Position numbers and translations under genes: made by a program. Of a stretch of 64,000 nucleotides of DNA, positions 30,168 to 41,800 are shown in pieces. Within the stretch, counting starts at the first letter, position 1. Each line of letters starts with the position of its first letter. Under the pieces are notes generated by a model, which had not been told where the DNA came from, searched no databases, and saw only the letters and a program-made list of their open reading frames with translations. The DNA is taken from positions 96,001 through 160,000 of the forward strand of contig OZ245056.1 in the NCBI GenBank assembly GCA_965224705.1. Reading direction: 5' to 3'. The stretch comes from Spirochaetaceae bacterium (GTDB taxonomy: Bacteria > Spirochaetota > Spirochaetia > DSM-2461).

Positions 30168-30292
30168 AAGTAAGCATATTTCTCTGCGCGCCTCCGCATC
30201 CTCTGCGGTTTATCTCTCTTCCTTCTTTTGGGAATAGAAAGGGGACATCATTACTATGATCGCGTCTTTGCCGTTTTACCCTAACCCATCAT

Positions 30293-31792
30293 TCACAATT
30301 CTTTTTCTTCCCAATCTTTTGCCCTTTCAACAGCTTTTTGCCAACCGCTGTAGAGCTTGCTGCGCATGGCTTCATCGACGGAAGGGTTGAATTTCCTGTC
30401 CAATTCAAAGGCATTCTCAAGATCTTTCTGATCTTTCCAGAATCCCACTGCAAGGCCGGCCAAAAACGCTGAACCCCGCGCCGTTGTTTCAACAATTTTG
30501 GGCCGCAGCACAGGCACCCCAAGAATATCCGCCTGGAATTGCATAAGGAAGTTGTTGTTTGACGCGCCGCCATCAACTTTCAATTCCGTGGTTTCGATGC
30601 CGGAATCCTTTTCCTGGCATGCGATGACATCCCGAGTTTGATAAGCGATAGACTCAAGGGCCGCCCGAATAATGTGGTTTCGGTTTGCCCCTCTGCTCAG
30701 GCCAACGATGGCGCCTCGCGCGTACTGATCCCAATAGGGAGCACCCAGGCCGACAAAAGCCGGCACCATATAGACGCCATTGCTGTCAGGCACTTTGGAT
30801 GCATAGTAGTCAGTATCAGCGGCATCGGCAATAATCTTAAGCTCATCGCGCAGCCATTGTATGGCCGCCCCTGTAACAAAGATTGCTCCCTCAAGGGCAT
30901 AATCAACCTTGCCATTCAGCCCCCAGGCGATTGTTGTGAGCAATCCGGCTCTGGATTCAATGCGCTCAGAGCCGGTATTCATCAGAATGAAACTGCCGGT
31001 CCCATAAGTGTTCTTGGCCATCCCCTTGTTAAAACATGCCTGACCAAACAGAGCACCCTGCTGGTCACCAATAGCCGCCGCTACAGGAATCATGGCAGTG
31101 CCGAAGATGTTTTTTGCTGTGTGACCATACACCTCGCTGGACGGCTTAACTGCGGGAAGCATGGAGCGTGGAATTCCCAGCTCCTTAAGAAGATTATCAT
31201 CCCAGTTCAGTGTTTTGATGTTAAACATCAATGTCCGGGAAGCGTTGGAATAATCGGTTACGAAGGATGCGCCGCCGGTAAGATTCCAGATGAGCCAGGT
31301 ATCCACGGTTCCAAACAGCAGTTCCCCCTTGTCAGCCTTCTCCCGGGCGCCGGGAACATTGTCCAGCATCCACTTGATTTTGGTCCCGGAGAAATACGCA
31401 TCGATGACCAGGCCGGTGTTTTCACGGACATAGTCAGCAAGACCGTCCGCTTTCATCTGATCGCAGATCCCGGCGCTGCGCCTGTCCTGCCAGACAATGC
31501 CGTTCATAATCGGTTTGCCAGTACTCTTTTCCCAGACGATTGCGGTCTCTCTCTGGTTGGTTATGCCGATTGCCGTGATATCTTCCGGTTTAATTCCGGC
31601 TTTATCCAGAGCTGTCCTGGCAACACTGCTCTGGCTGCTCCAAATATCCATTGGGTTGTGCTCTACCCAGCCAGGCTTTGGGTAGATCTGCGAAAACTCC
31701 TGCTGGTCAACACTGACAATCTCGCCTTTATGATCAAAGACAATCGCCCTGTTGCTCGTCGTGCCGGCATCAAACGCCATAACATATTTCAT
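30293..31792 (-). CDS. glpK: Glycerol kinase
   Basis: [47 protein letters not shown]. Confidence 0.97.
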   Translation of the reverse strand: MKYVMAFDAGTTSNRAIVFDHKGEIVSVDQQEFSQIYPKPGWVEHNPMDIWSSQSSVARTALDKAGIKPEDITAIGITNQRETAIVWEKSTGKPIMNGIVWQDRRSAGICDQMKADGLADYVRENTGLVIDAYFSGTKIKWMLDNVPGAREKADKGELLFGTVDTWLIWNLTGGASFVTDYSNASRTLMFNIKTLNWDDNLLKELGIPRSMLPAVKPSSEVYGHTAKNIFGTAMIPVAAAIGDQQGALFGQACFNKGMAKNTYGTGSFILMNTGSERIESRAGLLTTIAWGLNGKVDYALEGAIFVTGAAIQWLRDELKIIADAADTDYYASKVPDSNGVYMVPAFVGLGAPYWDQYARGAIVGLSRGANRNHIIRAALESIAYQTRDVIACQEKDSGIETTELKVDGGASNNNFLMQFQADILGVPVLRPKIVETTARGSAFLAGLAVGFWKDQKDLENAFELDRKFNPSVDEAMRSKLYSGWQKAVERAKDWEEKEL

Positions 31793-31886
31793 TTTTACCT
31801 CCTGAATCGGTTATGAAGCAACTTGTCAAAATACAGAGAATACGGATCTCCGTAAAATTAATCCTGACTTCAATAGGTACGGTGAA

Positions 31887-32258
31887 TCATGCCTTATCAG
31901 CCGTAAAAGAAGCAATGACATTCACCCCGGTTTGCTGAAAGTCCTCAATGAGCAGATCGCCTTTATGGACGGGTGGCGTCAGGGTTAAGGCATGCAAGGC
32001 AGTGAGGATGGCCGGAATATGCTCCATCGGCAGAGGTTTGTCCGTTCGAACCGGAACTCTCGACAGAGATGCGCATTCGGTGCTTAGCGCTACGGTTGTC
32101 GTGACTATCCGCTTCGGGGAATTGATTTCTTCAACAGCATAGTCCAATCCCCTGGGACAGCGGTTTCCGCTGACCTGGAGCACCCCTCCGGAGTCTCGAT
32201 TCACGTCTAGATGACAACCTATCGGACACGCAATGCAAACCAGGCTGCGCTTCGTCAT
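31887..32258 (-). CDS. DUF1667-like Cys-motif subunit of glycerol-3-phosphate dehydrogenase cluster
   Basis: CIACPIGC and GNRCPRG. Confidence 0.85.
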   Translation of the reverse strand: MTKRSLVCIACPIGCHLDVNRDSGGVLQVSGNRCPRGLDYAVEEINSPKRIVTTTVALSTECASLSRVPVRTDKPLPMEHIPAILTALHALTLTPPVHKGDLLIEDFQQTGVNVIASFTADKA

Positions 32259-33508
32259 ATATTCACCTCTATTACTGAATCTTCCTTGAAAATAGTCGGA
32301 TCGATATCCCCGCAGTGCAAATCCATGGAAACCATCTCCGAAGGCTGAATATGGTGTTTTTTAATTGTTTTGATGATTTTTCCATCCACCTTGATTTCTA
32401 TCATAGCACTGTTTTTAACGATCATGCTCCGAAAGTAAATCCTGTTGAATCCTTCGGGATTATACTGCGTTGGATTCACATATCGGACATTGCTGCCGGC
32501 TATTATGCACACCTGACATTGAGGCCGTGAATTTTGCAGGTAAGCGGCGACATATTTCCCTGTCCTGCGCGCTTCTTCAGTAACGTAATCGACAATATCA
32601 TGGACATGGAGCACATTGCCGGCGGCAAAAAATCCCGGGATATTGGTCATCATAGTGGAATCCACAATGGGACCGGAAGTCTGGGGATTGATCGGAATTC
32701 CCGCTTCCCTGGAAAGCTCATTTTCCGGAATCAAGCCTGCCGAGATCAGCACAGTATCGCAAGGGATGAAAAAACCCTTGTCATGGACAGGGGCTCCCTG
32801 TTCAAGGGGGCAAATGTCCACGCCTTCAACCCTGTGATGACCGTGAATTTTGGTAACAACATGGCTTAAGTATAACGGTATGTCAAAATCCTTGAGGCAT
32901 TGGACAATGTTTCTGGCAATTCCCGATGGATAGGGAAGAATTTCGACCACTCCATGAACTTTGCAGCCCGACCAGATCATCCGGCGGGCCATAATGAGTC
33001 CGATATCACCCGAACCGATGATAAGCGCTTCCTTTCCCGGTAAAAAGCCATCCAGATTTATTAGGCACTGGGCAAACCCGGCCGTGTATACACCGGCGGG
33101 CCGTGTGCCGGGTATCCGTAAATTCCCCAGATTCCGTTCCCTGCTGCCCATGGCCAATACCACGGCCCGGCAAGAAAAAAGGATATGCCCATCTTTGCCG
33201 TTAAGGCAAATTACCTGTATGCCCCCCTCACCGTGTTTAATGGCCATTACGGTTGTGTTCAGCAGTATCTCGATATTGCTGGACTTAACCCGTTCAATGA
33301 AGATATCAGCGTATTCAGGCCCGGTCAATTCTTCATGAAACTCGATTAGCCCAAATCCGTTATGAATACATTGAAGCAGGATGCCGCCCAGGCGATCTTC
33401 CCGTTCAGCGATAAGGACATTGAAGCCCTGGGCGCGTATTTCCAGGGCAGCGGCCATTCCGGCAGCACCACCGCCAATAACCATGACATCAATCGCTCGT
33501 GTTTTCAT
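32255..33508 (-). CDS. FAD/NAD(P)-dependent oxidoreductase (glycerol cluster subunit)
   Basis: IGGGAAG, LGGILLQCIHNGFG, ELTGPEY, GSGDIGLIMARR. Confidence 0.9.
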   Translation of the reverse strand: MKTRAIDVMVIGGGAAGMAAALEIRAQGFNVLIAEREDRLGGILLQCIHNGFGLIEFHEELTGPEYADIFIERVKSSNIEILLNTTVMAIKHGEGGIQVICLNGKDGHILFSCRAVVLAMGSRERNLGNLRIPGTRPAGVYTAGFAQCLINLDGFLPGKEALIIGSGDIGLIMARRMIWSGCKVHGVVEILPYPSGIARNIVQCLKDFDIPLYLSHVVTKIHGHHRVEGVDICPLEQGAPVHDKGFFIPCDTVLISAGLIPENELSREAGIPINPQTSGPIVDSTMMTNIPGFFAAGNVLHVHDIVDYVTEEARRTGKYVAAYLQNSRPQCQVCIIAGSNVRYVNPTQYNPEGFNRIYFRSMIVKNSAMIEIKVDGKIIKTIKKHHIQPSEMVSMDLHCGDIDPTIFKEDSVIEVNI

Positions 33509-34967
33509 TTGCAGCACCAAACCCTAAGCGATCCGAGCTGAGAAGTTCACTCCCGGGGCCATGTTTTGTGATTTCCCGAAAACTCATGCCGGTTTCACGC
33601 ATGAGAATCTTCATTATCCGTCTTTTGCAAAAAGAGCCCTGGCACCGCCCCATTTCCGAACGGCTGTAAAATTTTATTCCGTCTATGGTGTGATGTCCCT
33701 TCTGTATCGCCGTGACAATCTCGGCCTCCGAAATTTTTTCACAGCGGCAAACAATGTTGCCAAATGCCGGATTCTTCTTTATCAGTTCGTCGGCTTTTTC
33801 CATGGATATACTTCCATAGCGGTCTGTATCCTCCAGGAAGGGATCGTAGTCAGTTTTTTCGACAAGAGTTAACCCTGCCTTTTCAAGCAGGTTTCGGACA
33901 TACTCCCCAATTGCGGGCGAGGCGGTTAAACCTGGAGACTGTATGCCGGCAACCTGGATGAAGCAGGGTGCTTCCTTTGATATGTCGATGTAAAAGTCTC
34001 CTCCTGCAAGAGCAGGTCTGAGACCCGCGAATGAACTGATGGCATCATGCCTGGAAACTTCCCGCATCATCTGCCGGGAAGCATTGATAACCAGGTCCAG
34101 CTTCTCCTGAGTTGTCGATACATCTTCCTTGCTGTCCGTAATGTCCGCGGTGGGGCCGATAAGAACGGTGCCTTCAATGGTTGGTATAATGAGGATTCCC
34201 TTGGATATGGTGTTTGGTACTGGGAATAAAACATGGCGAGGGCGGGTTTTAGTCGTTTTATCCAGGACGAAGTATTCCCCTTTGCGGGGTTTTATAGTGT
34301 ATTGTTCAGCATTGAAGATATCGGATATGACATCCGCGTACAGCCCGGCGGTGTTTACAACAAACCTTGCCGACACGCGGCGGCCATCAGCGGCATGAAC
34401 TGTATACCTGTTTTCACGGAACTCGGCCCTATCCACCTTGAAGCCCGTTAACAGGCGCACTCCGTTTTTCAGTGCGGATTCAACCAGGGAAAAGCCGTAC
34501 AGGTAAGGTTCGACAATGCCGCCGCCAGGTGCGTACAGCGCCCCTTCGGCATCAGCGTTAATGTCCGGCTCCAGAGATAACAATTTTTCCCGTGAGCATA
34601 TCTCCAGATCCTGAACCCCGTTGTCAATGCCCTGCTGGTACAAATGCCAGAGGTACTTCAATTCCTCTCTGCGCATGGCCACCACCAGTATTCCACAACG
34701 CTGAAAAGGGAATTTCAATTCTCTCTGGAGGCGGTCGAACATGGCATTTCCCTTAATCTCCAACTCGGTTTTTAGATGTTTTTTATGGTGATGAAACCCT
34801 CCGTGGATTATACCGCTGTTGGCTTTGGATGTTTGAAAAGAAACATCCGCTTCCTTTTCCAGCAGTATTGTACTGGCCTGGTACCGGGAAAGAGTTCTGG
34901 CGATAGAGGCTCCGCTTACACCTGCGCCGATTATAGCGACATCAACATTGCAATCCTGTGTAGACAC
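33489..34967 (-). CDS. FAD-dependent glycerol-3-phosphate dehydrogenase (GlpA/LhgO-like) with BFD-like [2Fe-2S] domain
   Basis: IIGAG, TSKANSGIIHGG, GIQSPGLT, VCRCE..MGRCQGSFC. GTG start at 34967 behind GAGGG. Confidence 0.9.
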   Translation of the reverse strand: MSTQDCNVDVAIIGAGVSGASIARTLSRYQASTILLEKEADVSFQTSKANSGIIHGGFHHHKKHLKTELEIKGNAMFDRLQRELKFPFQRCGILVVAMRREELKYLWHLYQQGIDNGVQDLEICSREKLLSLEPDINADAEGALYAPGGGIVEPYLYGFSLVESALKNGVRLLTGFKVDRAEFRENRYTVHAADGRRVSARFVVNTAGLYADVISDIFNAEQYTIKPRKGEYFVLDKTTKTRPRHVLFPVPNTISKGILIIPTIEGTVLIGPTADITDSKEDVSTTQEKLDLVINASRQMMREVSRHDAISSFAGLRPALAGGDFYIDISKEAPCFIQVAGIQSPGLTASPAIGEYVRNLLEKAGLTLVEKTDYDPFLEDTDRYGSISMEKADELIKKNPAFGNIVCRCEKISEAEIVTAIQKGHHTIDGIKFYSRSEMGRCQGSFCKRRIMKILMRETGMSFREITKHGPGSELLSSDRLGFGAANENTSD

Positions 34968-35067
34968 ATTTGAAACCCTCTGATCGAATCTACTTCTATT
35001 ATGGGAAAGGGTCAATCTCTGAGGTGGATCCCTTGAATCAGTTGACCATATCTCAGGAGAGAACCAT

Positions 35068-35463
35068 ATGCCTATCGCCCATGTTGTTTTCTCGGCAATG
35101 CATCGTCTTAGCAATGAAGAGAAGAAACTTCTTTTTGATTATTGCAGTGATATTTTACAGAAGACAGGAAATTATGACGAGATAAAAGTTATTGTCTTTG
35201 CGGTTCGTGGGGAGTGGGAAAATCTATCCGACACCATAATAGAAAAAATGAGAAATGGGGATGCTTTTATCGATTTCATTTTTGAATATCTCTACAACTA
35301 TATCGTTGATGATGAACGTTGTATCCGTATGGAAGTTGAAGCTGTATTTATTGCTATGCTAAACGACCTGAATTGTAAAATTTATACAGTACTCAAAGAT
35401 TACCGCTACAGCAATAAAGTCGCCCAAGCCATAAAATCCTACGAACAAAACATAGAATTTTAA
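35068..35463 (+). CDS. Hypothetical protein, possibly a 5'-truncated fragment
   Basis: AT-rich 131-codon ORF with protein-like composition; no motif recognised; start uncertain. Confidence 0.4.
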   Translation: MPIAHVVFSAMHRLSNEEKKLLFDYCSDILQKTGNYDEIKVIVFAVRGEWENLSDTIIEKMRNGDAFIDFIFEYLYNYIVDDERCIRMEVEAVFIAMLNDLNCKIYTVLKDYRYSNKVAQAIKSYEQNIEF

Positions 35464-35501
35464 CACGATTTACAGGATACAATGCCAATCATAAGCAGGG
35501 C

Positions 35502-35900
35502 CAGGGTAATTGCATCTAATTCTGTCCCAAAAAAAAAATGAAAAACACTGATTTTTGGAGTCAATGGAAATTCTTATCTAGTGTCTCAAAGAATGTGGAA
35601 TCTCCTCAAAGCGGCATTAAACCGCAGAGAACGCAGAGGTACGCAGAGAGATATAGGGGAGCTCTTAAAACCGCTTAGAGCTGCCCGTGGGCGCATGGAC
35701 GCACCCACATTTTGGGCAAAACGCCCAAAATGGAGAAAAAGTCTTACTTTAGTCCGGGTTTTTTCGTCTCTATAGCATAAACAGATTGGTCAACATGTAT
35801 CTTGAACACTCTGCGCTCTCTGCGTCCTCTGCGGTTAAAAACCCATGAATAAGGCTTTGAAGAACACTCTGGCTAGTGGATTTTAGATGCGATTGCCCTG
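35502..35900. mobile_element. 399-bp non-autonomous element with ISAs1-like ends
   Basis: TIRs cagggtaattgcatctaa / ttagatgcgattgccctg (16/18) and a perfect 10-bp target duplication TAAGCAGGGC (35492-35501, 35901-35910). Confidence 0.85.
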
Positions 35901-35977
35901 TAAGCAGGGCTTGCTGAATAAGTCATGATCATAGATTTTCTCAATAAAAGCCAACTACAATGAACGATTTGCGCTGA

Positions 35978-36041
35978 GACGCGGCGGCATATAATCGCCT
36001 GCTGGAAATCCAATCTTCTCTGATTTGAATTGAATGGGAAT
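35978..36041 (+). repeat. Dispersed copy of the 3' end of the PhnD-like gene
   Basis: Aligns with 9836-9900; the first 35 bp are identical. Confidence 0.85.
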
Positions 36042-36043
36042 AG

Positions 36044-36730
36044 TCAGCCCGTGGTAAGACAGTCCTCCAGGGCCTTCCTGTCCAGGATGTGCATGATTCT
36101 TCCCTCGGCTCGCAGTATTCCCCGGCTGTAGTATTCCGAAAAACTCCTGGAGAGGGAGGGCCGGGCCACTCCAAAGAGATCCGCCATCTGCTCTCGGGGA
36201 TAGGTGAGATGTACGCTTTCGGTTCTCTGCCTGTGTACCAGGTTGAGGAGGTGGCCGGCTATCTTCTGACTGATGGATTCAAAATTAAAAAGACGGATCT
36301 TCTCCGCCAGAAAGACGACCTTGTCGGCAGTGTCCTGGAGATAGTTCATGAGAACGGTCGCATTCGTTTGAAAAATCTGTATCACCTCCTGCCTGGGGAA
36401 GCAGGCGATCCGCAGGTCGTTGTTGGCCCTCACCGTTACCGGCAGGGTGTTGTCCGAGGCAAAGAGAACCCCTGCCGCCAGCGCCTGAGATTTTCCAAGG
36501 GTTTCAATGATGACCTTCTTCCCATTGGGGCTGAGAATTTCCGCCGAAACCTCTCCCCCCAGGAGGATGAGAAGCTGGTTGTATTCGTCCCCCTGAAAGC
36601 GGATAATACTGTCCCGGCGATAGCTTTTTATGTCGACCGAAACCCCTGCCAGAAGGGATTCTAACTCTCTTAGGGGTACTTTTCGGAAAACAGGACAGCC
36701 CGCAAGAACTTCCATATCTTTTTGATTCAT
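36044..36730 (-). CDS. hcpR: Crp/Fnr-family regulator (HcpR-like)
   Basis: cNMP-binding-like domain plus HTH REQMADLFGVARPSLSR; divergent from hcp. Confidence 0.85.
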   Translation of the reverse strand: MNQKDMEVLAGCPVFRKVPLRELESLLAGVSVDIKSYRRDSIIRFQGDEYNQLLILLGGEVSAEILSPNGKKVIIETLGKSQALAAGVLFASDNTLPVTVRANNDLRIACFPRQEVIQIFQTNATVLMNYLQDTADKVVFLAEKIRLFNFESISQKIAGHLLNLVHRQRTESVHLTYPREQMADLFGVARPSLSRSFSEYYSRGILRAEGRIMHILDRKALEDCLTTG

Positions 36731-36760
36731 AATTCCTCATTTTCTCATTTTTTTCGATGA

Positions 36761-36778
36761 ATGTAACATGGGTTACGG
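36761..36778. promoter_or_regulatory. HcpR-type operator
   Basis: aTGTAAC-atgg-GTTACgg, palindromic GTAAC-N4-GTTAC in the hcpR-hcp intergenic region. Confidence 0.7.
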
Positions 36779-36837
36779 AGGAAGGCGACCCTTTTCCATA
36801 AACTTATCCTATCATCACTTTTTTTGGAGGAAATACT

Positions 36838-38469
36838 GTGAGTATGTTTTGTTTTCAATGCCAGGAAACCGCCGGAAATACCGGCTGTAGGGTCAGGGGT
36901 GTTTGCGGAAAGTTGGATACCACCGCCAACCTTCAGGACCTGCTGGTTTATGTTGTTAAGGGTATCGCCCTTTACGGGGAAATCCCGGCGGCCCGGGAAG
37001 AGGTGGAAGGCGGGGTTGGCCGTTTTGTTATCGAAGCCCTCTTTGCGACCATCACCAACGCCAACTTTGATGAGGATCGGATCATGGCCCTCATTAAGAG
37101 GGGGTTGAAAATCAAAGCAGATCTGGCCTCCCGAACAAGAATTACCGGCGAACTCCCTCCGGCGGCCCTCTGGACTTCCGATGATGAAGGGGAGATACGC
37201 CTCAAGGCGGCCCAGGTCGGCGTACTGGCAACCGAAGAGGGGGATGTTCGATCCCTGAGGGAACTCCTCCTCTACGGTCTCAAGGGTATCGCCGCCTACG
37301 CCGACCATGCCGCCGTGCTTGGTTATGAAGATACATCGCTCTATCTTTCTTTGATGGAAGCCCTGGCCTCCACCACCAAAGAGCTGTCGGTGGAGGAGTT
37401 GACGGGACAGGTCATGAAGGCGGGGGAGTTGGCGGTGACCGCCATGGCCCTCCTGGACAGGGCCAATACCAGTACCTACGGCCATCCGGAGATCACCTCG
37501 GTTGACATAGGCGCAGGACCCAATCCGGGCATCCTTATTTCCGGCCACGACCTTAAGGATATGGAACAGCTTTTAGATCAGACCGAGAACACCGGGGTAG
37601 ATGTCTACACCCATGGGGAGATGCTTCCCGCCAACTACTACCCCGCCTTCAAGAAGTATAGCCACTTCCACGGCAACTACGGAAATGCCTGGTGGAAGCA
37701 GGATAGAGAATTTGCCTCCTTCAACGGTCCCATCCTTATGACCACCAACTGCATTGTTCCGGTGAAGGACGCCTATCGGGAGAGAATATTCACCACCGGC
37801 ATGGCAGGCTATCCCGGCGTTTTCCACATAGAGGCAAATGCCGATGGAACCAAGGATTTCTCAAGGATCATTGGGTTGGCAAAAACCTGCCCGCCCCCCC
37901 GGGAGATCGAAACCGGAGAGATCCTGGGAGGATTTGCCCACAACCAGGTTTTCGCCCTGGCCGACAGGGTGGTAGAGGCCGTCAAATCCGGCGCCATCAA
38001 GCGGTTCGTGGTGATGGCCGGCTGTGACGGCCGCCAGAGAAGCCGTGAGTATTTCACCGACCTGGCAGGTGAATTGCCAAAGGATACCATCATTCTCACC
38101 GCCGGATGCGCCAAGTATCGATACAATAAGCTCAATCTGGGAGAGATCGGCGGCATACCCCGGGTACTGGATGCCGGACAGTGCAACGATTCCTACTCCC
38201 TGGCGGTGATCGCCATGAAGCTTAAGGAGGCCTTTGGCCTGGAAAGCCTCAACGATCTGCCCCTCTCCTTCGATATCGGGTGGTACGAACAGAAGGCCCT
38301 GGCGGTGCTCCTGGCCTTGCTCCACCTGGGGGTGAGGGGGATTCGTCTCGGGCCCACCCTTCCCGCCTTCCTGAGTCCCGGGGCGGCGAAGATTCTGGTG
38401 GAGAATTTCGGCATAAAGGCCGTCGGCGGGGTGAAAGAGGATGTTCAGGCAATGATGGCCGGTGCCTAG
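36838..38469 (+). CDS. hcp: Hybrid cluster protein (hydroxylamine reductase)
   Basis: [50 protein letters not shown]. Confidence 0.97.
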   Translation: MSMFCFQCQETAGNTGCRVRGVCGKLDTTANLQDLLVYVVKGIALYGEIPAAREEVEGGVGRFVIEALFATITNANFDEDRIMALIKRGLKIKADLASRTRITGELPPAALWTSDDEGEIRLKAAQVGVLATEEGDVRSLRELLLYGLKGIAAYADHAAVLGYEDTSLYLSLMEALASTTKELSVEELTGQVMKAGELAVTAMALLDRANTSTYGHPEITSVDIGAGPNPGILISGHDLKDMEQLLDQTENTGVDVYTHGEMLPANYYPAFKKYSHFHGNYGNAWWKQDREFASFNGPILMTTNCIVPVKDAYRERIFTTGMAGYPGVFHIEANADGTKDFSRIIGLAKTCPPPREIETGEILGGFAHNQVFALADRVVEAVKSGAIKRFVVMAGCDGRQRSREYFTDLAGELPKDTIILTAGCAKYRYNKLNLGEIGGIPRVLDAGQCNDSYSLAVIAMKLKEAFGLESLNDLPLSFDIGWYEQKALAVLLALLHLGVRGIRLGPTLPAFLSPGAAKILVENFGIKAVGGVKEDVQAMMAGA

Positions 38470-38612
38470 GAGTCGTAAACCCTAAACCTGCGGGTAAAGT
38501 CTTTTCAGTTTTATCCGAGCATCCCTGGTGGTAAACTGCCAATCGACTTTATTTGCAGAGTTATTTCTATCCAGATTCCACTTTTCTGTTTCTTGAACCA
38601 GATGTTCAATTA
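38466..38612 (-). mobile_element. IS630-family 3' remnant
   Basis: Minus strand KWNLDRNNSANKVDWQFTTRDARIKLKRLYP, homologous to the IS630 C-terminus at 58834; abuts the hcp stop codon (CTAG). Confidence 0.8.
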
Positions 38613-38812
38613 AACGGCAATGAAATTAGATTGTAAAGGATCCTGTAATTAGAAAAGATGCATCGCCCTTTTTCAAACCGGAACCTGCAATTATATTCTG
38701 GAAAATTACTGCAGTTTAGCAGCAATGCTGGTACACCTTCCCTTCAATGATGAGGGAATCCCAATCTCTTCGCTTGTGCTTGATAGGGAGGAAGGCGGCT
38801 ACGGCTCTGGGC

Positions 38813-41800
38813 TTATCCATAAGTACCTGTTGCTTGCGAATAGAACGGCGAAGGAATTCTGGGATAAACACGGTACACATGCCGAAAGACCTCTTCAGCC
38901 TTATTCCTCACATCTTCTTCACTATACAAATCCACGGGCAATCCGGTGTCATCACTCCATAAAAAATCACGTATGGCGATGCGGACAGCATCCCGCGTGA
39001 TTACCTTTTCGCGCCATTGATCGATTTGAAGCTTCTCGGCCTTGAGCGTTTCCAGAAGCTGGACTGCAACTGTTTTTATGCGGCCAATGTCTTTGGCGTT
39101 CAAATCGGGCTTCTTTAGGAGATCGAATAGGGCCAGGTTCTCTTCATCCAAGCCTTCGCGCATTGCCCGGCTATCTTCATCGTCGAGTTCCTGTACCAGC
39201 TTTAGAAGTGCTTCAAAGGTTTTTTCTATCGTCAGCCTGTCCTTCTCCCGATTGTATTCGGACACCACATCCTCATAGTGTTTCTGGAAGTCTGCCCTGA
39301 GCGGATTCCTCTCCAAAAGTTTTTTCAGCCTTTGTTCGATGGCAAGCTTGAGGTTCTGAACTATCGTGCGTTTTTCCTGTATTCGCACGAATTCTTGCCG
39401 AAGCCTGTCAAAGTCGATTTTGCTAATGTCAAAGAGGGGTGTCTCCTCAAGCACTTGATTGGGCTGGGTTACAATGGCCTCATCCACAACCTGGTGGAGC
39501 TGCCGAATAATGTCTGAAACATCGGCCTGTTCCCGGTCACTCTGAAGTGATTTATAAACGATATTGATTGCATCTCTCTTGGCGATGTGCGTTGACACCC
39601 TTTACATTGATGCACGCTTTGAACTTCTTAAACACCTCCCGGCACATCACTTCAAATCGCTTTCGGGTTTCATCATTTTCGTTTGCCGCTTCTTTGCAGG
39701 CAATGATCGCCGCGTTTCGATCAAAGCCAGTTTTGTCAATGACGTCATCCAGCGATGCATCTCTGTCGATGAGAAATTTACATACAAGACCAATGGCCTC
39801 GCGGAGGTCGACCAGCAATTCTTCATCTGGCTTTGCCGGTTCAGTTTCGTCATCTTGTCCATCAGCCGTTGTTCCGGCAAAAGTGGCCAGGGCTTTTCTC
39901 AAGTGTTTGAGAACACCACAGTAGTCAACAATTAGACCGTTGTTTTTTCCTTCATTGACCCGGTTGGCACGGGCGATGGCTTGCATAAGCGTGTGGGCCT
40001 TGAGCGGCTTGTCCAGATAAAGAGCAGCAAGACTCGGTACGTCAAAGCCGGTCAGCCACATGGCACAAACGATGGCGATTCTAAAAGGATGCTCCTCGGC
40101 TTTGAAAGCCTGATCCATTTCCATCCTTTGCATGTTTCGAAATTGCGGTTTGCTCCGCATTGATTCCGGTAAATCGATTCCTTCTTTGATAAGGCGGCGA
40201 TGCGGAAGGATGTCCAAATCCCACTTTCTAAATTTATCGACTTCGCCTTGTTCCTCACTCACAATCACGACAATGCGAGTCTCTCCCATCCATTCGATTT
40301 GCCGATTCAGATATATCCTTTCCTGTTTGTCAAATACTCTTTTCCTTTGCTTTTCGAGTCTTTCAATTTCCTCTTTCCAGTGTTTGACGATCAGATCATG
40401 CATGCGCACACAGGTGACTTTGTCAATGCAAACAAACATCGCCTTACCCGTCTCCCACGCCGTGGAATAGTGAGTGACAAAATCCCTGGCAACCTGCTTC
40501 AACCGCTTATTGGCCGTGATGATGTGGTAGTCTCGCTTCAGATCCTTTTCGAGGCGCTGCTTTACATCAATGTCCTCCGGCTCCCTGTCAGAATGTGTGG
40601 GTAGGGGGAGGAATCGGAAGCTTAGCTAAATCATGAAATAAAGCGATTTGCAGAACATTGAAGGTTCTAAAACCATAAGATTTTTTGACAGTGACTTTTA
40701 TTCGGTTATTTAAGCCCTCAACAACGCCGCTTGAGAGGTGATTTCTTGCCTTGAACCAGTTGAGTATCAAGGGCTTGTGCTTGCGAATCATTTTTGCCAC
40801 CACCTTTATCGGTGTAAGCCGACTTCGCATTGCCTGCCTAAGTCCATCTGTCAATGAACTTTCCCGCCCATGCCGGATACACATAAGTCCATAATCCATT
40901 GAAGTCTTCCTTGAGCAGATAAGCACGAATAGTCTTAAGATTGCCGCGCAAAAGTTCAGCCATTTTGATTTCCTGCTTGCCGCTCAGGTTTTCCCTTCTT
41001 TTCAATAGACACCAGCGTGAATTTTTCAACACGGCATCACTGCCATGATGACGTTTCATCTCACTCATCTCGCTGCGTCTGACCTGGTCAACAGCCTCAT
41101 TGAACTTTTTCATGATATGGAACCGATCCAGTATGTTCAGGGCATGGGGGACTTTCTCTGCAGCCACCCCCATGTAGGCTTTCCACATGTCGGTACAAAC
41201 ATAACGGATGCTTTTGCTTCGCTTCTCACCCAAAAGCGTGAAGAAAGGCTCAAGGCTTTCACCACTTCGGCCTTCTGCCATATAGAGCAGCCGCTTTTGC
41301 TCATTGTCAATTTGGTAGACCAGAGTCGCATATTTGTGGCCCTTGCCAATAGATATCTCATCTATTCCAATACTGGTGATGCCATCCAGGTTACGGGAGG
41401 CCAGTCCCACCGAGACAACAAACCTTACCGCACGGTAGACCGAGTGCCAACTGGTTTTGAACCGACTGGCCACTTCCTTCCATGACAGTACTTTTGCCCA
41501 GTCAGCAAGAAAATATCTGTAACCGCTGGTCATCTGATTCTTTCCGCTTGCCCAGGGAACATCCTCCTCCACAACCCCACAATTTGAACAGTTTGCACGC
41601 CTCTTTCGATAGACAAGAAACACCTTGATTCCCCAGATTGGTATAAACTCATAACGGCGTCTTTGCAACCTGTCATAACCGGGCATTTTTTGTTGGCATA
41701 TAGGACACACTGGCTTGCTATTCTTCCTCGGGACAACTTCAACAAGCAGTGTACCAGAGGCTCCATCCACAAACCGTACTTTTTCGTACACGAACCCCTT

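Noticed and set aside
30638..31816. 392-aa plus-strand ORF
   Set aside because: Antisense shadow of glpK with no protein motifs.
34968..35114. N-terminal extension of the G3P dehydrogenase, and similar extensions at 21459-21578 and 62562-62747
   Set aside because: Domain boundaries and RBS positions support the shorter starts; the extensions overlap other genes or repeats.
36745..37548. 267-aa minus-strand ORF
   Set aside because: Antisense shadow of hcp.
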